Below, piece after piece: positions 37,900 through 50,626 of a DNA stretch of 64,000 nucleotides (positions within the stretch are counted from its first letter, which is position 1; each line of letters opens with the position of its first letter). The notes under the pieces were generated by a model that did not search any database, was not told the DNA's origin, and was given only the letters and a program-made list of their open reading frames with translations. Both the position numbers and the translations under genes were made by a program. Source of the stretch: Welwitschia mirabilis (lineage: Eukaryota); assembly GCA_051453625.1 (NCBI GenBank), contig JBOZIK010000001.1, positions 16,474,062 to 16,538,061 of the forward strand. The letters are read 5' to 3'.

Positions 37900-38500
37900 A
37901 TGTCATTGCTAAGAATTGAACACCCAACCTCTTGCTTCCCTAAAATCAGATTACAACCAGTCAGGCCAGATTGAGGGGAGGCAGACCTAATCCATTAGGA
38001 TGAGGTGGCCATCCAACCAGTCAGGCATCCGGAGAAGGATTGGAAAACCAACACTTTGGACCATGCCGGGACACAAGCGCAAGCCCCTCGCCAAGAAACA
38101 AGAACTCCAGCCATGTTCATGCTTTTTGGGTTTCCTGGATTGAATGCCCTTCTTTCCTTCTTCTGCACTGCAATCTCCCTGATCTGCATTATCATGAATG
38201 CCTCTTTTACAGTCTCAGCCTTCCTTCCATTAGTAAATATTCTGGAGAAATGGTATTATACATTCTCATTTATTTTCTGCCAATGAATGCCAGTCAACAT
38301 CCTCTGCGTATTATTGCAACTGCTTCCCAAATCGGTCGCCCGCATATCACAGGAAATGAATTTCAGATTTATGGCATTCTCATAAAAAAAAAGAAGCGTT
38401 TTAATAGCTGTCCTTTCTTGTTGAGAATGTGTCTGTTATTACAGTGTTTCAATTGTGAGTTACACCCTTTTCTGAAATCGTTTGACTTTAAATGAAGCAG
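37900..38500. other. CpG/CHG-retaining non-TE island of unknown function
   Basis: About ten CpGs in roughly 450 bp and higher GC than the flanks. Three overlapping ORFs (66, 93 and 151 aa) with no motif I recognise. Confidence 0.55.
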
Positions 38501-38899
38501 ACTGATGAAATATTTACATATCAAGAAATGCATTAGGAAATGATGAAAATGGAAATGGTTTATTCAAGCACCATGTATTATATTACTATATAATCAAATA
38601 TGTATATAAGTACTCATAAATATATATATATTCTTTAAGCTTAGATAAAACTTATAACTTAAGGGAATGAAATAAATAAATTAATAATCTTGGGTCTCTT
38701 AATTTATTTAAGATTTTTGTGGATTTTATTAGCTACTCTTTTAAACCTAAAACTGAGTTTATAAAACTTTTTATAGGAGTATATTTCTACCTTTTGTCTA
38801 ATGAAATGTCCTCGTTTCTTTAATAGAGATTCTCTGATATTATATTTTAGTTTGTCATTAAGCATTATTAATTTTGTTCCCAGATGCCTTACTTTATAA

Positions 38900-41800
38900 A
38901 GGAAACATTAATGATAAATCCAGTTTTAGTAGCCTGCCTATATGAATCATTCCTCATTCATAAGTTTTCATTGGGCTATTGAAATTAATTTGCTTCCTAG
39001 CTATAGATAAACTTGGAAAAGTTATTAGTTGTTTCATACCTTTTAATTTTGAAAATTCTTTAGCATAAATTCCTTTACTTTAGGATTGAAGCATCAATGT
39101 GTAGAAGTTTTTGGTATTAGAAAAAGAGGACATTACATTTTGGTATTAGAGCAAACTTGAAATTCTCTGTTGTGGATTCTTGAGTGTTACAAACCTACAA
39201 CTGATGAATTATTTTAAATTTTGAATAATATGCTTTGTTTAGATGGAAGTTATGAATTACTTGTTACATGTAGTCCTATAGAAGGTGTTTATTCTGAATA
39301 TTTTAATTATGTTTTTAAAGAAATGAAAATGAATGTTTCTTTGAATGATGTCTTTGTAGCTAATAGTATTGCTATTATAGCTAATAATATTGCTAATGAT
39401 GAATTAAAACCTCTACCTAATATTTTAAAGTATATTTTTCTAGGTATTAATCAATCTAAACCTATTAACATTAGTGCTCATCTTACTTCCTCTCAAGAAA
39501 AAGAGCGAGCTTAGTCATCACTTAAACATTCTTTAGCTTTTTATTGGTCTTATCATGATTTGATTGGTGTTCATTCTTCTATTTATTCTCATCATATTTA
39601 TTTAGAGATTGATATCAAACCTATTCATAAACCTTAACATAGACTAAATCTAAAGCTTAGGGATATTATTAAAGAAGAAATCATAAAAATTTGGGAAACT
39701 AATATTATTTATCTTATTATAGGTAGTGAATGGGTGAGTCCTTTATAAGTTGTCCTGAAGAAGAATGGTAAATGGTAAATTTGTATTTATTTTTATGCTC
39801 TCAATAAGCATACTAAGAAAGATCATTTTCCTCTTTCTTTTATCCATACAATTCTTAATAAACTTTCTAGTCATCATCATTAATATTTTTTAAATGAATG
39901 TAGTGATTATAATAAAATTCCTATAGCTCTAAAAGATCAAGAAAAACCCACTTTTACTTGTTCCTTTGGAACTTTTTCATATCTTCACATGCCTTTTAGT
40001 TTATGTAATGCTTCTACAACTTTTCAAAGGTGTATGACCCGTTTTTTTGCTAAAATTATTAATCAATTTTTAGAAATCTTTATGGAAAATTTTTATCTCA
40101 ATGGTGATTTTTTGATTAAATAATGTCTCTTTGAAGTTAATCTTAAATCATTGTATTCATCATAATCTTAATCTTAGTTGGGAGAAAATTTATTTCATGG
40201 TTGTTAGAGGCATTATTCTTGATCATATTATTTCTAAAGAAGGAATAGAAGTTAATCCTGCTAATATTGATATCATTCACTCTCTTCCTACTTCTAGTTA
40301 TGTTAAAGATATAAGATCTTTTTTAGGGCATACTAGTTTGTATTATCATTTCATTCCATCTTTTAGTTCTATAGTAAACCTTTGGCTGAATAATTTTTGA
40401 AAGATGCATCCTTTTCTTGAACATCTAAGTGTGAACTTGCATTTCAAAAACTTAAATGTCTTTTATCATCTTTACTCTTAAGTGTAAATTGTTTGTCATT
40501 TCCTATGTTAGTAAGACCTTGCATGATGCTCATCTTAATTATTCCACTGCTGAAAAGAAGATGTTAGCTTTAAACTTTACTCTTGAAAACTTTATCCACT
40601 ATGTTAATAGTTATCCTATTATTATCTTTACTAATCATGTCACTTTAAACGATATTTTAAATAATCCCCTGACTAAATACTGTCTTATGCGTTGGGCTTT
40701 ACTTACGCAAGAATTTAATATTACAATTAAAGATAGATCAGAAAAGGAAAACTGAATTGCTAATCATTTATCTCATCTTTATATGCCTATTAATTCATCT
40801 AAAATTAATGATAAGTTCCCTAATGAAAATTTATTTGCTGTGAATGTTTTTCCTTGGTATGATGATACTACGAATTTTAAATGCTATGGTAAAATTCCTA
40901 GTAATTTATCTTATTATGATGAAAATAAAATTCTATCTCAATAAAATAAACTTGTTTAGAAACCACCTCTTTTGTGTTGATCAGGTCTTTCAAAGTTGTA
41001 TACCTAAGAATAAAATGATTAGCATATTAGAATTTTTTCACAATGGTATTTGTGGTGGTCATTTTAGTGGGAAGAAAACCACATCTAAAGTTTTAAATAT
41101 TTAATTTACTTAGTCGACTCTTTTTAAATATGCTAATGAATTTTGTACATCATGTAATAAATGCAAAAGAATGGGTAGCTTTAGTAGGAGAAATGAAATG
41201 CATCTTAAACCTATTGTTGTTTGTGAACTTTTCAATGTTTGTAGTATTGATTTGATTAGACAATTTCCCTCATCCTTTGTTAATGTTTATATTCTTATTT
41301 GTGTGAATTATATTTCTAAATGAGTGGAAGCCAAATCTTGTAAAGATTCTAATGCGAAGATTGTTATTAGATTTTTGAAAGATTATGTTATTTCTTATTT
41401 TGATTACCCTAAGATATTCATTAGTCATCAAGGAACTTATTTTTGTAATAAAATCTTTAGAAACATTATGCTTAAATTTGGTGTTACCTATAAAGTAAAT
41501 ACTACATATCATCATTATGCTAATGGCCAAGCTAAAGTAAATAACCATGAGCTTATTAGATTCTTCAAAAAATACTTAGTAGAAAAGATTGGTCGTTAAA
41601 ATTGATTGATGCATTATGGGCTTATTTTACAGCTTTTACAACTGTCATTAGCATGACTCTTTAAACTTATTTTTGATAAACAATGTTTTCTTCCCGTTGA
41701 GATGGAACATCAAGTTTTTTATGCAATTCGTAAACTTAATCTTGATTTTGAAAAATGCTCTATACATAGACTAGATCAATTGAATGAATTAGATGAAATA

Positions 41801-42110
41801 CGACTAAGTTCTTATAATAATAAAGTTCTTGCTTAAAAAAAATTATCATGATTAGATTATTCTTAGGAAAACATTTCATCTAGGTGATAAAGTTTTTCTT
41901 TTTAATTATCATTTTTATTTATTCCCTACAAAGTTAACATCTAAATGGGAAGATTACTTTATTGTTATTCATGCTTTTCCTTTTGGGATTATTAACATTT
42001 AAGATCCTAAAACTAATCATGTTCAATGATTAAATAGATCTAAACTCAAGTTATTTAATCATCAAAATTTAAATGGGATCAAGATCTATGTTGATTCATA
42101 TTTTAGATGT
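38900..42110 (+). pseudogene. Decayed Athila-like gypsy pol E (RT, RNase H, INT); no LTRs recognised
   Basis: Fragments ELKPLPNILKYIFLG, KDQEKPTFTCSFGTFSYLHMPFSLCNASTTFQRCM, LSWEKIYFMVVRGIILDH, NYSTAEKKMLAL, HNGICGGHFSGKKT and YHHYANGQAKVNN. Confidence 0.92.
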
Positions 42111-45100
42111 AAATGTGCTAAAATCTAAAAAACCAAAAGAAGAAAAAAATTTATTTTAATTTCTTTGTTTTGGTTAAAAATTTTAAAAATGTTGATATTT
42201 TTTGGATAATGAAATAAGAGCCATAGATCTCATATAGTTACATTCAAAAGTGTTATAATCTTTATGAAGGATCTACTTCTATTTGTTTTTCAAAAGTATC
42301 AACCAAAAATATTTCCAAGTTTTGTTTTTGAAGTCTGTTTGTTCTTTTAAATAAATTATAATCAAGCTATGTATTTTTCACTTCAAGATCCTAGTTTTCA
42401 TTAAAGTTAAAGGGTATAACTAATTGTTTTCTAAGTTTTAAACCTCCATCTATATCAATATTTTGTATTTAATTCTTGATCATTTTCTCTATGATAGCGT
42501 ATGTATTTCATACATGAAGTCTATGAGATTCACTTTCTTATATAATACTATTTTATAATATAATAATATGGGTATTCTTTTACTTGATCTAGCTTATGTT
42601 CACATTTTTCTTTTCTTTTTGCAATTATATAAACATTTCATCTTTAATCTTTAAATAAAATGTTAAAGTTCCTAATATGTCTACATTTATTTATTATCTC
42701 TTATGACATATATATTGTATTATGCTTTTATTATTACTGATATTATTACTTTATATGTTGTATTATTTATAGGACTAGCATTTAGATCTATAATTATCCA
42801 CTCAATCTGTAAACATCTTAATGATTCATCCACAAGGCTTTGTAATGATGTAATTTCTTATCATTAGGTGAATGATGAATGTTATTGTTCTGATAATAGT
42901 CCTGATACCATAGATGAACATCTTCAGTGTTAGTANNNNNNNNNNNNNNNNNNNNNNNNNNNNNNNNNNNNNNNNNNNNNNNNNNNNNNNNNNNNNNNNN
43001 NNNNNNNNNNNNNNNNNNNNNNNNNNNNNNNNNNNNNNNNNNNNNNNNNNTTACTTTATAAACTTGAATACTGCGTTTAGAGGTATTTTTGCACTTTTTA
43101 AGTGAAAAATACCTTAGACACTCAATGATCTCAAAACAATGCATTATGATCTACTTTGAGGCTCTTCACAATGCTTGCAATTGAGAGATTGAGATTAAAG
43201 GTGAAAATGCAGATCATATATGACTACTTCAATGTTAAATCTCTATAGATGATTCATACTCCCTTTTTCATCACCATATATCATCCTCTTACTAATGTGA
43301 TAATTCCAACTCATTCTAACACTAGATGCATGACTTTTTATGATATCAAAGCCTTTTAGGAATTTTAGTACTTTGGAAAATTACATTCTGAGAGCTTTAA
43401 TCTATTTATTTCTAGTCATTATTTAGTCATAATTGATAAATTATTAAGGTAACCTTTAAAGTAGAAAATCAAATTAAGTTTTATTTTTGGATTTTTGGTA
43501 GCTATGTATGAAACTACCTATGGTAGTACAGTGCTAATTCAAAGAGTAAAATGGTAATGCAGTGCCATGTGATGGTTTTTTCAAATTAAACATGAATCAC
43601 ATGCAAATTCTTAGTGGTTTTGGTAACTCATTGACCTACACCTGACCGTAGAGCATATATAAAAATTCCTTATAGTTCTCATACCATAATAAACTCATTA
43701 TTATATCATTTTTATGCCAAATTTTCCATTCACAGGCATGGAAAGGATATTTTCTATCCATTTTCTCTCATTTTTCTTTATTTCTAAGTAGATCTTCTCT
43801 CTATGTAACTATGAAACCTTTTACATTCCTTATTCTCATCTTTTGATGTCATTCAAAACCATTCTCAACTCCTAACTTCTTTTAGCACCCATTTTACATC
43901 ATCTTTTCTTCCATTTCCATTTATCCGGAGGGCATTGCAAGGGTGGTAAAGTGCACATGACTAGGCAACATAGGAGGAGGAGAAAGCATCAAATATTGTA
44001 AGCAATCAGATGGAGGATGAATGGAAAGGACTTTACATTCTTGAAAAATAATAAGTTTTCCTTTTGTTATGTTTGTTTACTTTTTATTATTTGAATTATG
44101 CATGTTTTCATAATTTTATTTCAATGTAATTAGACTTTTTATAGCTTGTAGCATACACAGCACTAATTAGATTGAAAAACCATTAGCATCTATTATGGAA
44201 ATTTGAGTTTTTTCCCTTCCATACTTGGTCACTCTTTATCAAAAAAAACTCATGTATTTGGTTTTTTCCTCTCTTCTTTCCTCTGTTCTTTTCATTCTCT
44301 AGTACATTTCTCATGATTCCATCTTTCTTCTAAAGCAATTGATGTTGAATTTCTATTCTTTCTTCTCTAATAGTAGTAGAATAATTTGAAAATATATTAT
44401 CTATGATTTTCATCAAGTTAAATTTATTCTTATTGTAAGAATTGTTCTCTCTTCTTTCTCCCTTCTAAAAATCAAAGTAGAATAGTTAATTTTAGAGCTT
44501 GTTTTAGCCATAACATTTTTTGTGGAACTTCAATGGTTCTGAAATTTTTTCTAGAGCTTATTATCATCATTTAAAGACTTTATTTTTAAAGTGTTAGAAC
44601 CAAATTTGGCCTTTAAACCCCCTTTTTCAGCCATTTTTAGTCTTAGATATAGTTTGACATAGACAAATTTCTGGTCTATCAAATATTATTTCTTTTGATT
44701 TTCCATAGTGATATTCTTAATCATTTTCAATGCATTTTTATAAATTAAACATTCTATTTTGTAGTATATTTGGCGTAGTTTTAGACTATGAGATCCAAGT
44801 TTTATAGTTTCATTAATAGTTATGGTCAAAGTAGGATTGACTATAATTTTTGCAATTTTTCTAGGTGAACTATTTTTTAACGATTGCAATTAATTCTACT
44901 TGATCTTGAATATTTAGTTTTAGAAACTTGTTTTATGGCATATTATAACTATTTTAAGGGTTTTAAAATTTTTAAGTCTATTTCTTTAAGTTTTCTGTAT
45001 CCCTTTTCTCTCTCTTCTTCATTTCTTCTTGTTTTATTGGTCAAAATAACTTGAAACTAACTAACATTACTTTGATTTAATAAACATTCGTATACTTTTT

Positions 45101-47347
45101 TTAATGAATTTATTATTTATTTAAACCTTAATTTTGATTTTCCATTCATTTTATGCTTAAGTGAAGAGCTAGCTTTCAAGCCACATATGTTGCAATTTAG
45201 CAAAAATCTTGTTTTTATTAAATAGCTTGCTTAGTTAATTTGAAGAATACATATTTACAAGAGTTATATTTTGATTCTAAATTAATTTATATTTTACATA
45301 TAATGGATTATGATGTTTGAATTACCTAGTGACATCAATTTAATATGAATTAAAGAAGTCAACTTATGAAGGAAAATTATTTTTACATGTGAAAATAACT
45401 TAAGTAAATTTAAATGTTTAAAATCTTTTCTTTTTTACATGAATTATAAATGACTTCTAAAATCTTATTAATGTTCATAAAAGTTTGCTTATTCTTATTT
45501 TCTTGTATATCCATTTTCACATCTTGTGNNNNNNNNNNNNNNNNNNNNNNNNNNNNNNNNNNNNNNNNNNNNNNNNNNNNNNNNNNNNNNNNNNNNNNNN
45601 NNNNNNNNNNNNNNNNNNNNNNNNNNNNATTCTTATTTTCTTGTATTTCCATTTTCACATCTTGTGAAATTGTGCTTTTACACATGCAATTTTTCCTAAT
45701 TATTTTATGTCATGTGTGTTAAATTAGTTGTATGTCACTTAAGAGAAATAGTTTTTTATCATATAAAGTGACAGTTTGATAAAGAAAAATTAATATTTTC
45801 ATATGAATTCATGTCAAGTGTTTTGTTAGTTCAATACTCATGTGCTCCCACTATATTTGTAATTCAACCTAGGATATTTCTTTATGGGTAATTTGAACTT
45901 TTTATAGTTAATTTTCTTTCCCTAACTTAAATTATCATTTTAAATACACATTTATTTTCGTGAAGGCTTAAAGTGTGATCTCCTTTTAAAAATTGAGTTT
46001 TTACTTTGTTCAAATATGCATTTAAATCTTATTTTCTATTTTGTATTTAAATAGAACTAGTTTTATGTTTAAATAGAATTATCTTACTTATTTAGTTTTG
46101 TCATTTTTTAGTTACTTTTTTTCTAACAATGACATTGGTAGTAAAAGTTTGGAAGCTTTTACAAATACAGGGTAGATGTATTTATTAAAAAAGGTTTTTA
46201 TGATAAAGACATCTTTAAATATGCAGACATGTATTTTAAATGCATCTTTTATGATGTACCAATCTTTAGTTGTCCATACTTAGCAAATCAGGAAAGACCT
46301 CTTTGAAACAAGTAGACATCTTATATCTTTTCATTTAAATTTCTTTAAGATAATAAATTTCTCTACTACATCTAGGGAAAACTTGAAATTTTTAATAGGT
46401 AGACATATTTCATAGTAGTAACATCTCTTTTTATCATTTTAGTCATCTCTCCTGATGGAGACATGTTGATAAATCTAGTTTTAATGATTTCATTTATCAA
46501 CTGTTTTGTGTCATTACATAGACAGGTTATTACAAAAAAAAATTATATCATAATAAGCACAAGTCAGTGACAGATCTTTAAATATGATATCTCATGAAAA
46601 GGTTTAGTTGTTGAAATGCAAAATTAGTTATCTAAAGGTGTCTACAGAATGGAATATTTTTATGGTAAATATGTATAGATAATTGAAGTTATCTCTTATG
46701 AAGATGTCTTCATATTAAAGAAATCTCAGATGCACCAGCTTTTAGATTATAGATTAAATACAACTATCTCATCAAAGAATACTAAGCTGAAAGTTAAACT
46801 AGACATAGATGAAGATGTATACATGTTTGAAGATGACTATAGTGAGTTGAAATAGGTAGTAGATTTATTTTGCCTTTTGACTAATATTTTACATTGTAGT
46901 TGAGATATAAACTTTGTATTATGAATTCATGATTATAGAGGTCCAAAGATTATACAAACCAAATTTCATCAAATTCTAGATAAGTTCACTGAAGATGTCT
47001 ATAAGGTGAAGACGTCTGACTGTTAGTAGATGTTTACAAATTTGAATATGTCTTAGATTAAATTTCATGTTAATTAAAAATAAACATGTGTGCCTAATAT
47101 TTAGAATTTCTTATCCATTGCATGGTAGTTGCAAATTTTAAATAACTATTGTTCAAGATCAAATAGCTTATTTTTCTTTAATCTTATAATGATACGATGT
47201 CATGGAATAATTTACAACTTGTGGTACTTCAACAATCATATAACATTTGAACGATTATGCATTAAGGCATGTAATGAATGCATCTTCTATAAAATGAAGA
47301 TTGCACAGGTGATTAAAACATTTTTAAGAAGGATTAAAGCTATCATT

Positions 47348-47694
47348 TGTAAAGGAGCTTACAGCATCTACATCATTTGTTTTTGAATCCTACATTACTG
47401 CATCATTCTCTTTCACCCATGACAATAACAATAATAAGGAACTAAAACTCTATTCATTAGTACATCTTTTATACTTTTCATCCTATTGTATTCGTGGATC
47501 TTACATTTGTTAGGTTATCTTATTTCTAAATATTTTTGTAAAGAAGCTTACAACATCTACATCATTTGTTTTTGGATCCTACATTACTACAACATTCTCT
47601 TTCGCTCATGACAATAACAATAATAAGGTACTAAGACTCTTTTCATTAGTACATCTTTTATTTTTATCATCCTATTGTATTCGTGGATCTTACA
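47348..47694 (+). repeat. 158-bp direct duplication (47348-47505 and 47537-47694)
   Basis: Two highly similar copies of tgtaaag.agcttaca...ttcgtggatcttaca, separated by 31 bp. Confidence 0.92.
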
Positions 47695-47759
47695 AAACTC
47701 ATTATAAGGTAATTTTTATATGGATGTCCACTGAGATTGTGCATGTGAGTACTTACTTT

Positions 47760-48046
47760 TTGTAAGATTAGTGGTGAGCTAGAAAACTATTATTTCCCTA
47801 AGGGGAAGAGAGTGTTTCCTTGCAAGAAGACTCTCATTATTATGAGGTTTGTGATGTGTCTTAAAAATCACTATTTCCTTATAGGTAAGAGAGTGTTGTC
47901 TTACAGGGAGACTCTCATTATTGTAAGTTTTCTGATATGTCTAAGAAAACCACTATTTCCCTATGGAACATAGAGTGATACCTTGCAAGGTTTCTTTCAT
48001 TGTTGTAAGATTGATGGTATGCTAAAAAACCACTATTTTTTTGCAA
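47760..48046 (+). repeat. About 81-bp tandem repeat, about 3.5 copies, in the LTR 3' region
   Basis: Unit tgtaag...aaaaccactatttccct...gagagtg...ccttgcaag..gactctcatta. Confidence 0.8.
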
Positions 48047-48226
48047 GTTAAGAATATTTATAAGTGTGAGAGAAAGCTACCATCTTTGTGTGGATGTACC
48101 CAAGTTAGGTAATCACATTATTTTGGTAAGGTATTTACTGTTATACTTTTTCATTCTATTATTGATCAAAAACTTTATTTGATAGAACTCATTCAATCCT
48201 TACCTTTGAATTCAATGATCCTCAAG

Positions 48227-48238
48227 TAGCATTAAAGC
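48227..48238 (+). other. Primer-binding site, tRNA-iMet type (decayed)
   Basis: tagcattaaagc versus tggtatcagagc, about 40 bp before the gag ATG. Confidence 0.65.
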
Positions 48239-48275
48239 AGGTACTCATAAAATGAGTAACTTTTTTTACTAAACA

Positions 48276-50626
48276 ATGGAAGGGGTGTCATCTGTTAAAC
48301 CTTTATTCTTTGATGGAACAAACTATGCCTATTAGAAGATTAAGATATAGGTATACTTACAATCTTTTGAGTTTCAAGTATGATAAAGTTTAGAAGAAGA
48401 GGATACAGATCTTACAGAAACTATAATAGATGATGCAAGTAATATCATCACTAAGATCAAGCAAAGAAAAGATTGGGAAGATAAAGAGAAAGCTACTTTT
48501 ATGTATGTTTCTAGTCCAAAAATGCACTTTAAGCAAGTTATAAGATGGCATAAAAAATTTAGAATGTTCTAGATAAAACATATGAAAGTACTTCTGTTGT
48601 GAAACAATCAAAGCTTCTCATATGGATAAACTATTTTTAGAATCTTAAAATTAATCATTGAGAAAGATTTCATGAGTACTTCACTAGAGTTTCAAATATT
48701 GTGAATGCAACACATAGCATTCTGAGAAAGTTTTCTAGAAGTAAAGGTAATACAAAAAGTTATTATATCTCTAACCCTTGAATATATCCAAAACTACAAC
48801 TATAAAGGAGTTAAGAGATTTATATACTATAAAGATAGAAGAGCTACAAAGTGCTCTTACAGCATATGAAATGAACCTCATTCAAGATGAAGCCTTTAAA
48901 GAAAAAACCATTACTCATAAGGTAAGTAAAAGCACAAAATATAATTTAAAAGAAAAGCAAATGAAGAACAAGAAGAAGAAAATTCTGATGATGAAGTAAA
49001 TGAGGAAGTTGCACTTGTCATAAGGAGAGTAAAGAGACTTCTTTCTTATAAGTTTAACAAAAGAGATGAATTTATAAAACCATCTAGATTTCAAGATACA
49101 GATAAGTTTAAAGGTAATTCTTCTAATAATACTTCTTTTTCTAATGTTTCCAAAGTTGAATATTGGGTATATGGAGGATAAGAACATATATTCTTAAAAT
49201 GTCATAGTGCTAACAAAATGTAGGACAAGGAATAAAAGAAAGAGTAAAAGGATAAGCTATCTTTCTTTATAATATGGAATAAAGATGAAGAAGAAGAAAC
49301 ATCTAATGATGAGAAAGCTCATCCTTCCTACATGGCTAATGCAAATGTTTAAGAAAAAAATGATGAGACAAAAGAAGAGTATGATTTATAAACTAAAGAT
49401 AATACATGTATAGGTCTTTAAAAAAGGCACAATCTATGTACTAAGATTAAAAAGTTACTTCATACTCATGAAAAAGCATATAAACTAGAAAAGAATGTTT
49501 GCAATAAATTATGTTCTAAAAACTTGGCTCTTAAAGCTAATGTTAATAAACTAACACATGATTTAAAACATGTAAGATAGAACTATCAAATTCAAAGAAA
49601 ATCAATGAAAACATACTTAAATAAATGATACATTAAATATCATGCTTGAGCAATGTAGAAGTTTAAATGATGAGAGTGGCTAGGGACTTAATGAAGCCTC
49701 AACTATCACTTTAAGCTGTCTAAGAAATAAATGGAACTATAAGTCAAGGTATAAACATCTAATATTTACAAATAATATCATTTGCTATTGTTATCATAAT
49801 AAAGGTTATTATCAATATAAATGTCCAATTAAATTTAAAAATAGGTATTTATACTAATACTGCCAAGAGGCATGGTAAAATAATACATTGTTTTATGCAG
49901 GATAAACCCGAAAAAGTATGGGTACTAAAAGAAAAATTAGCACTTCTAGCACAAATTACACATACAGACATAAATAAGCATATCTAGTACATTAATAGTG
50001 GATGTTTAAGACATATGATAGAAGACAAATCTAGTTTTACTACCTTGATAGAATAATATAGAGGAGTTGTAATCTTTAGACAGAATATGGAAGCACTGAT
50101 CAAAGATATTGGTACTATTAGAGGATAAAATCAACTAGAGGTAAATGACGTTTTATGTGTAGAAGTTTTTTAATACAATCTCTTATGTGTAAGTCAACTT
50201 TATAATGAAAAATTTTTTGTTACATTTACAAGATATGATTGCATTATTAAATAAAAATTCTAGCAAATATTTAATTACTAGTATAAGAAAAATGTATATA
50301 TCACTACTCTAACAAATACCTTTAATAATGAAACCAAGTGTTTGTTCACTAAAATAAGAGAAGTAAAGCATTAACACAAAAAGCATAGTCATGAAAAGAA
50401 GAACTTGATCAAACGACAAATGGTAATAGGATCTTGGGGGTTGAAAGTCATTCAAATTAGTGAATCATATAAAAAATACTCAATACAGTACAAAAGATAC
50501 AACAAAGGCATCACAGTATAATACCCAACTAATCTACATGGGATTGTATTCTCAAAATCTCTTGGTACTCAAAGGGTTATAAGGTTGTGTAGGAATTTGA
50601 GGATTGGGCCTTGCCCAATCAAGTAA
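48276..50626 (+). pseudogene. Sirevirus-like gag-protease remnant joined by deletion to the RNase H C-terminus
   Basis: MEGVSSVKPLFFDGTNYAY*KIKI*VYLQS; ELRDLYTIKIEELQSALTAYEMNL; two decayed CCHC knuckles (about 49160 and 49780); protease *YINSGCLRHMIEDKS (about 49983); pre-integrase remnant to about 50395; then VFSKSLGTQRVIRLCRNLRI...* ending at 50626. Confidence 0.85.

Larger units (their letters stand above)
46464..48224 (+). repeat. 5' LTR of Sirevirus-like copia element S
   Basis: Starts tgttgataaatctagttttaatgat (left limit tentative). Contains palindromic AGAYRTCT motifs and internal tandem repeats. Ends with a decayed attcacccccctct-like signal (attcaatccttacct) and ...cctca before the PBS. 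Confidence 0.6.

Noticed and set aside
38163..38183. ctgcactgcaatctccctgat resembles miR408
   Set aside because: Only 15 of 21 positions match, and I see no complementary star arm or hairpin.
38005..38495. Plus-strand ORFs of 93 and 151 aa as host genes
   Set aside because: They overlap, appear to start at non-ATG codons and show no recognisable domain. They may simply reflect the higher GC.
45490..45667. About 39-bp repeat on both sides of the gap 45529-45628
   Set aside because: Most likely a contig-overlap or scaffolding artefact.
47760..48046. CRISPR-like periodicity
   Set aside because: Whole units are homologous, with no unique spacers or cas genes, in a eukaryotic LTR context.
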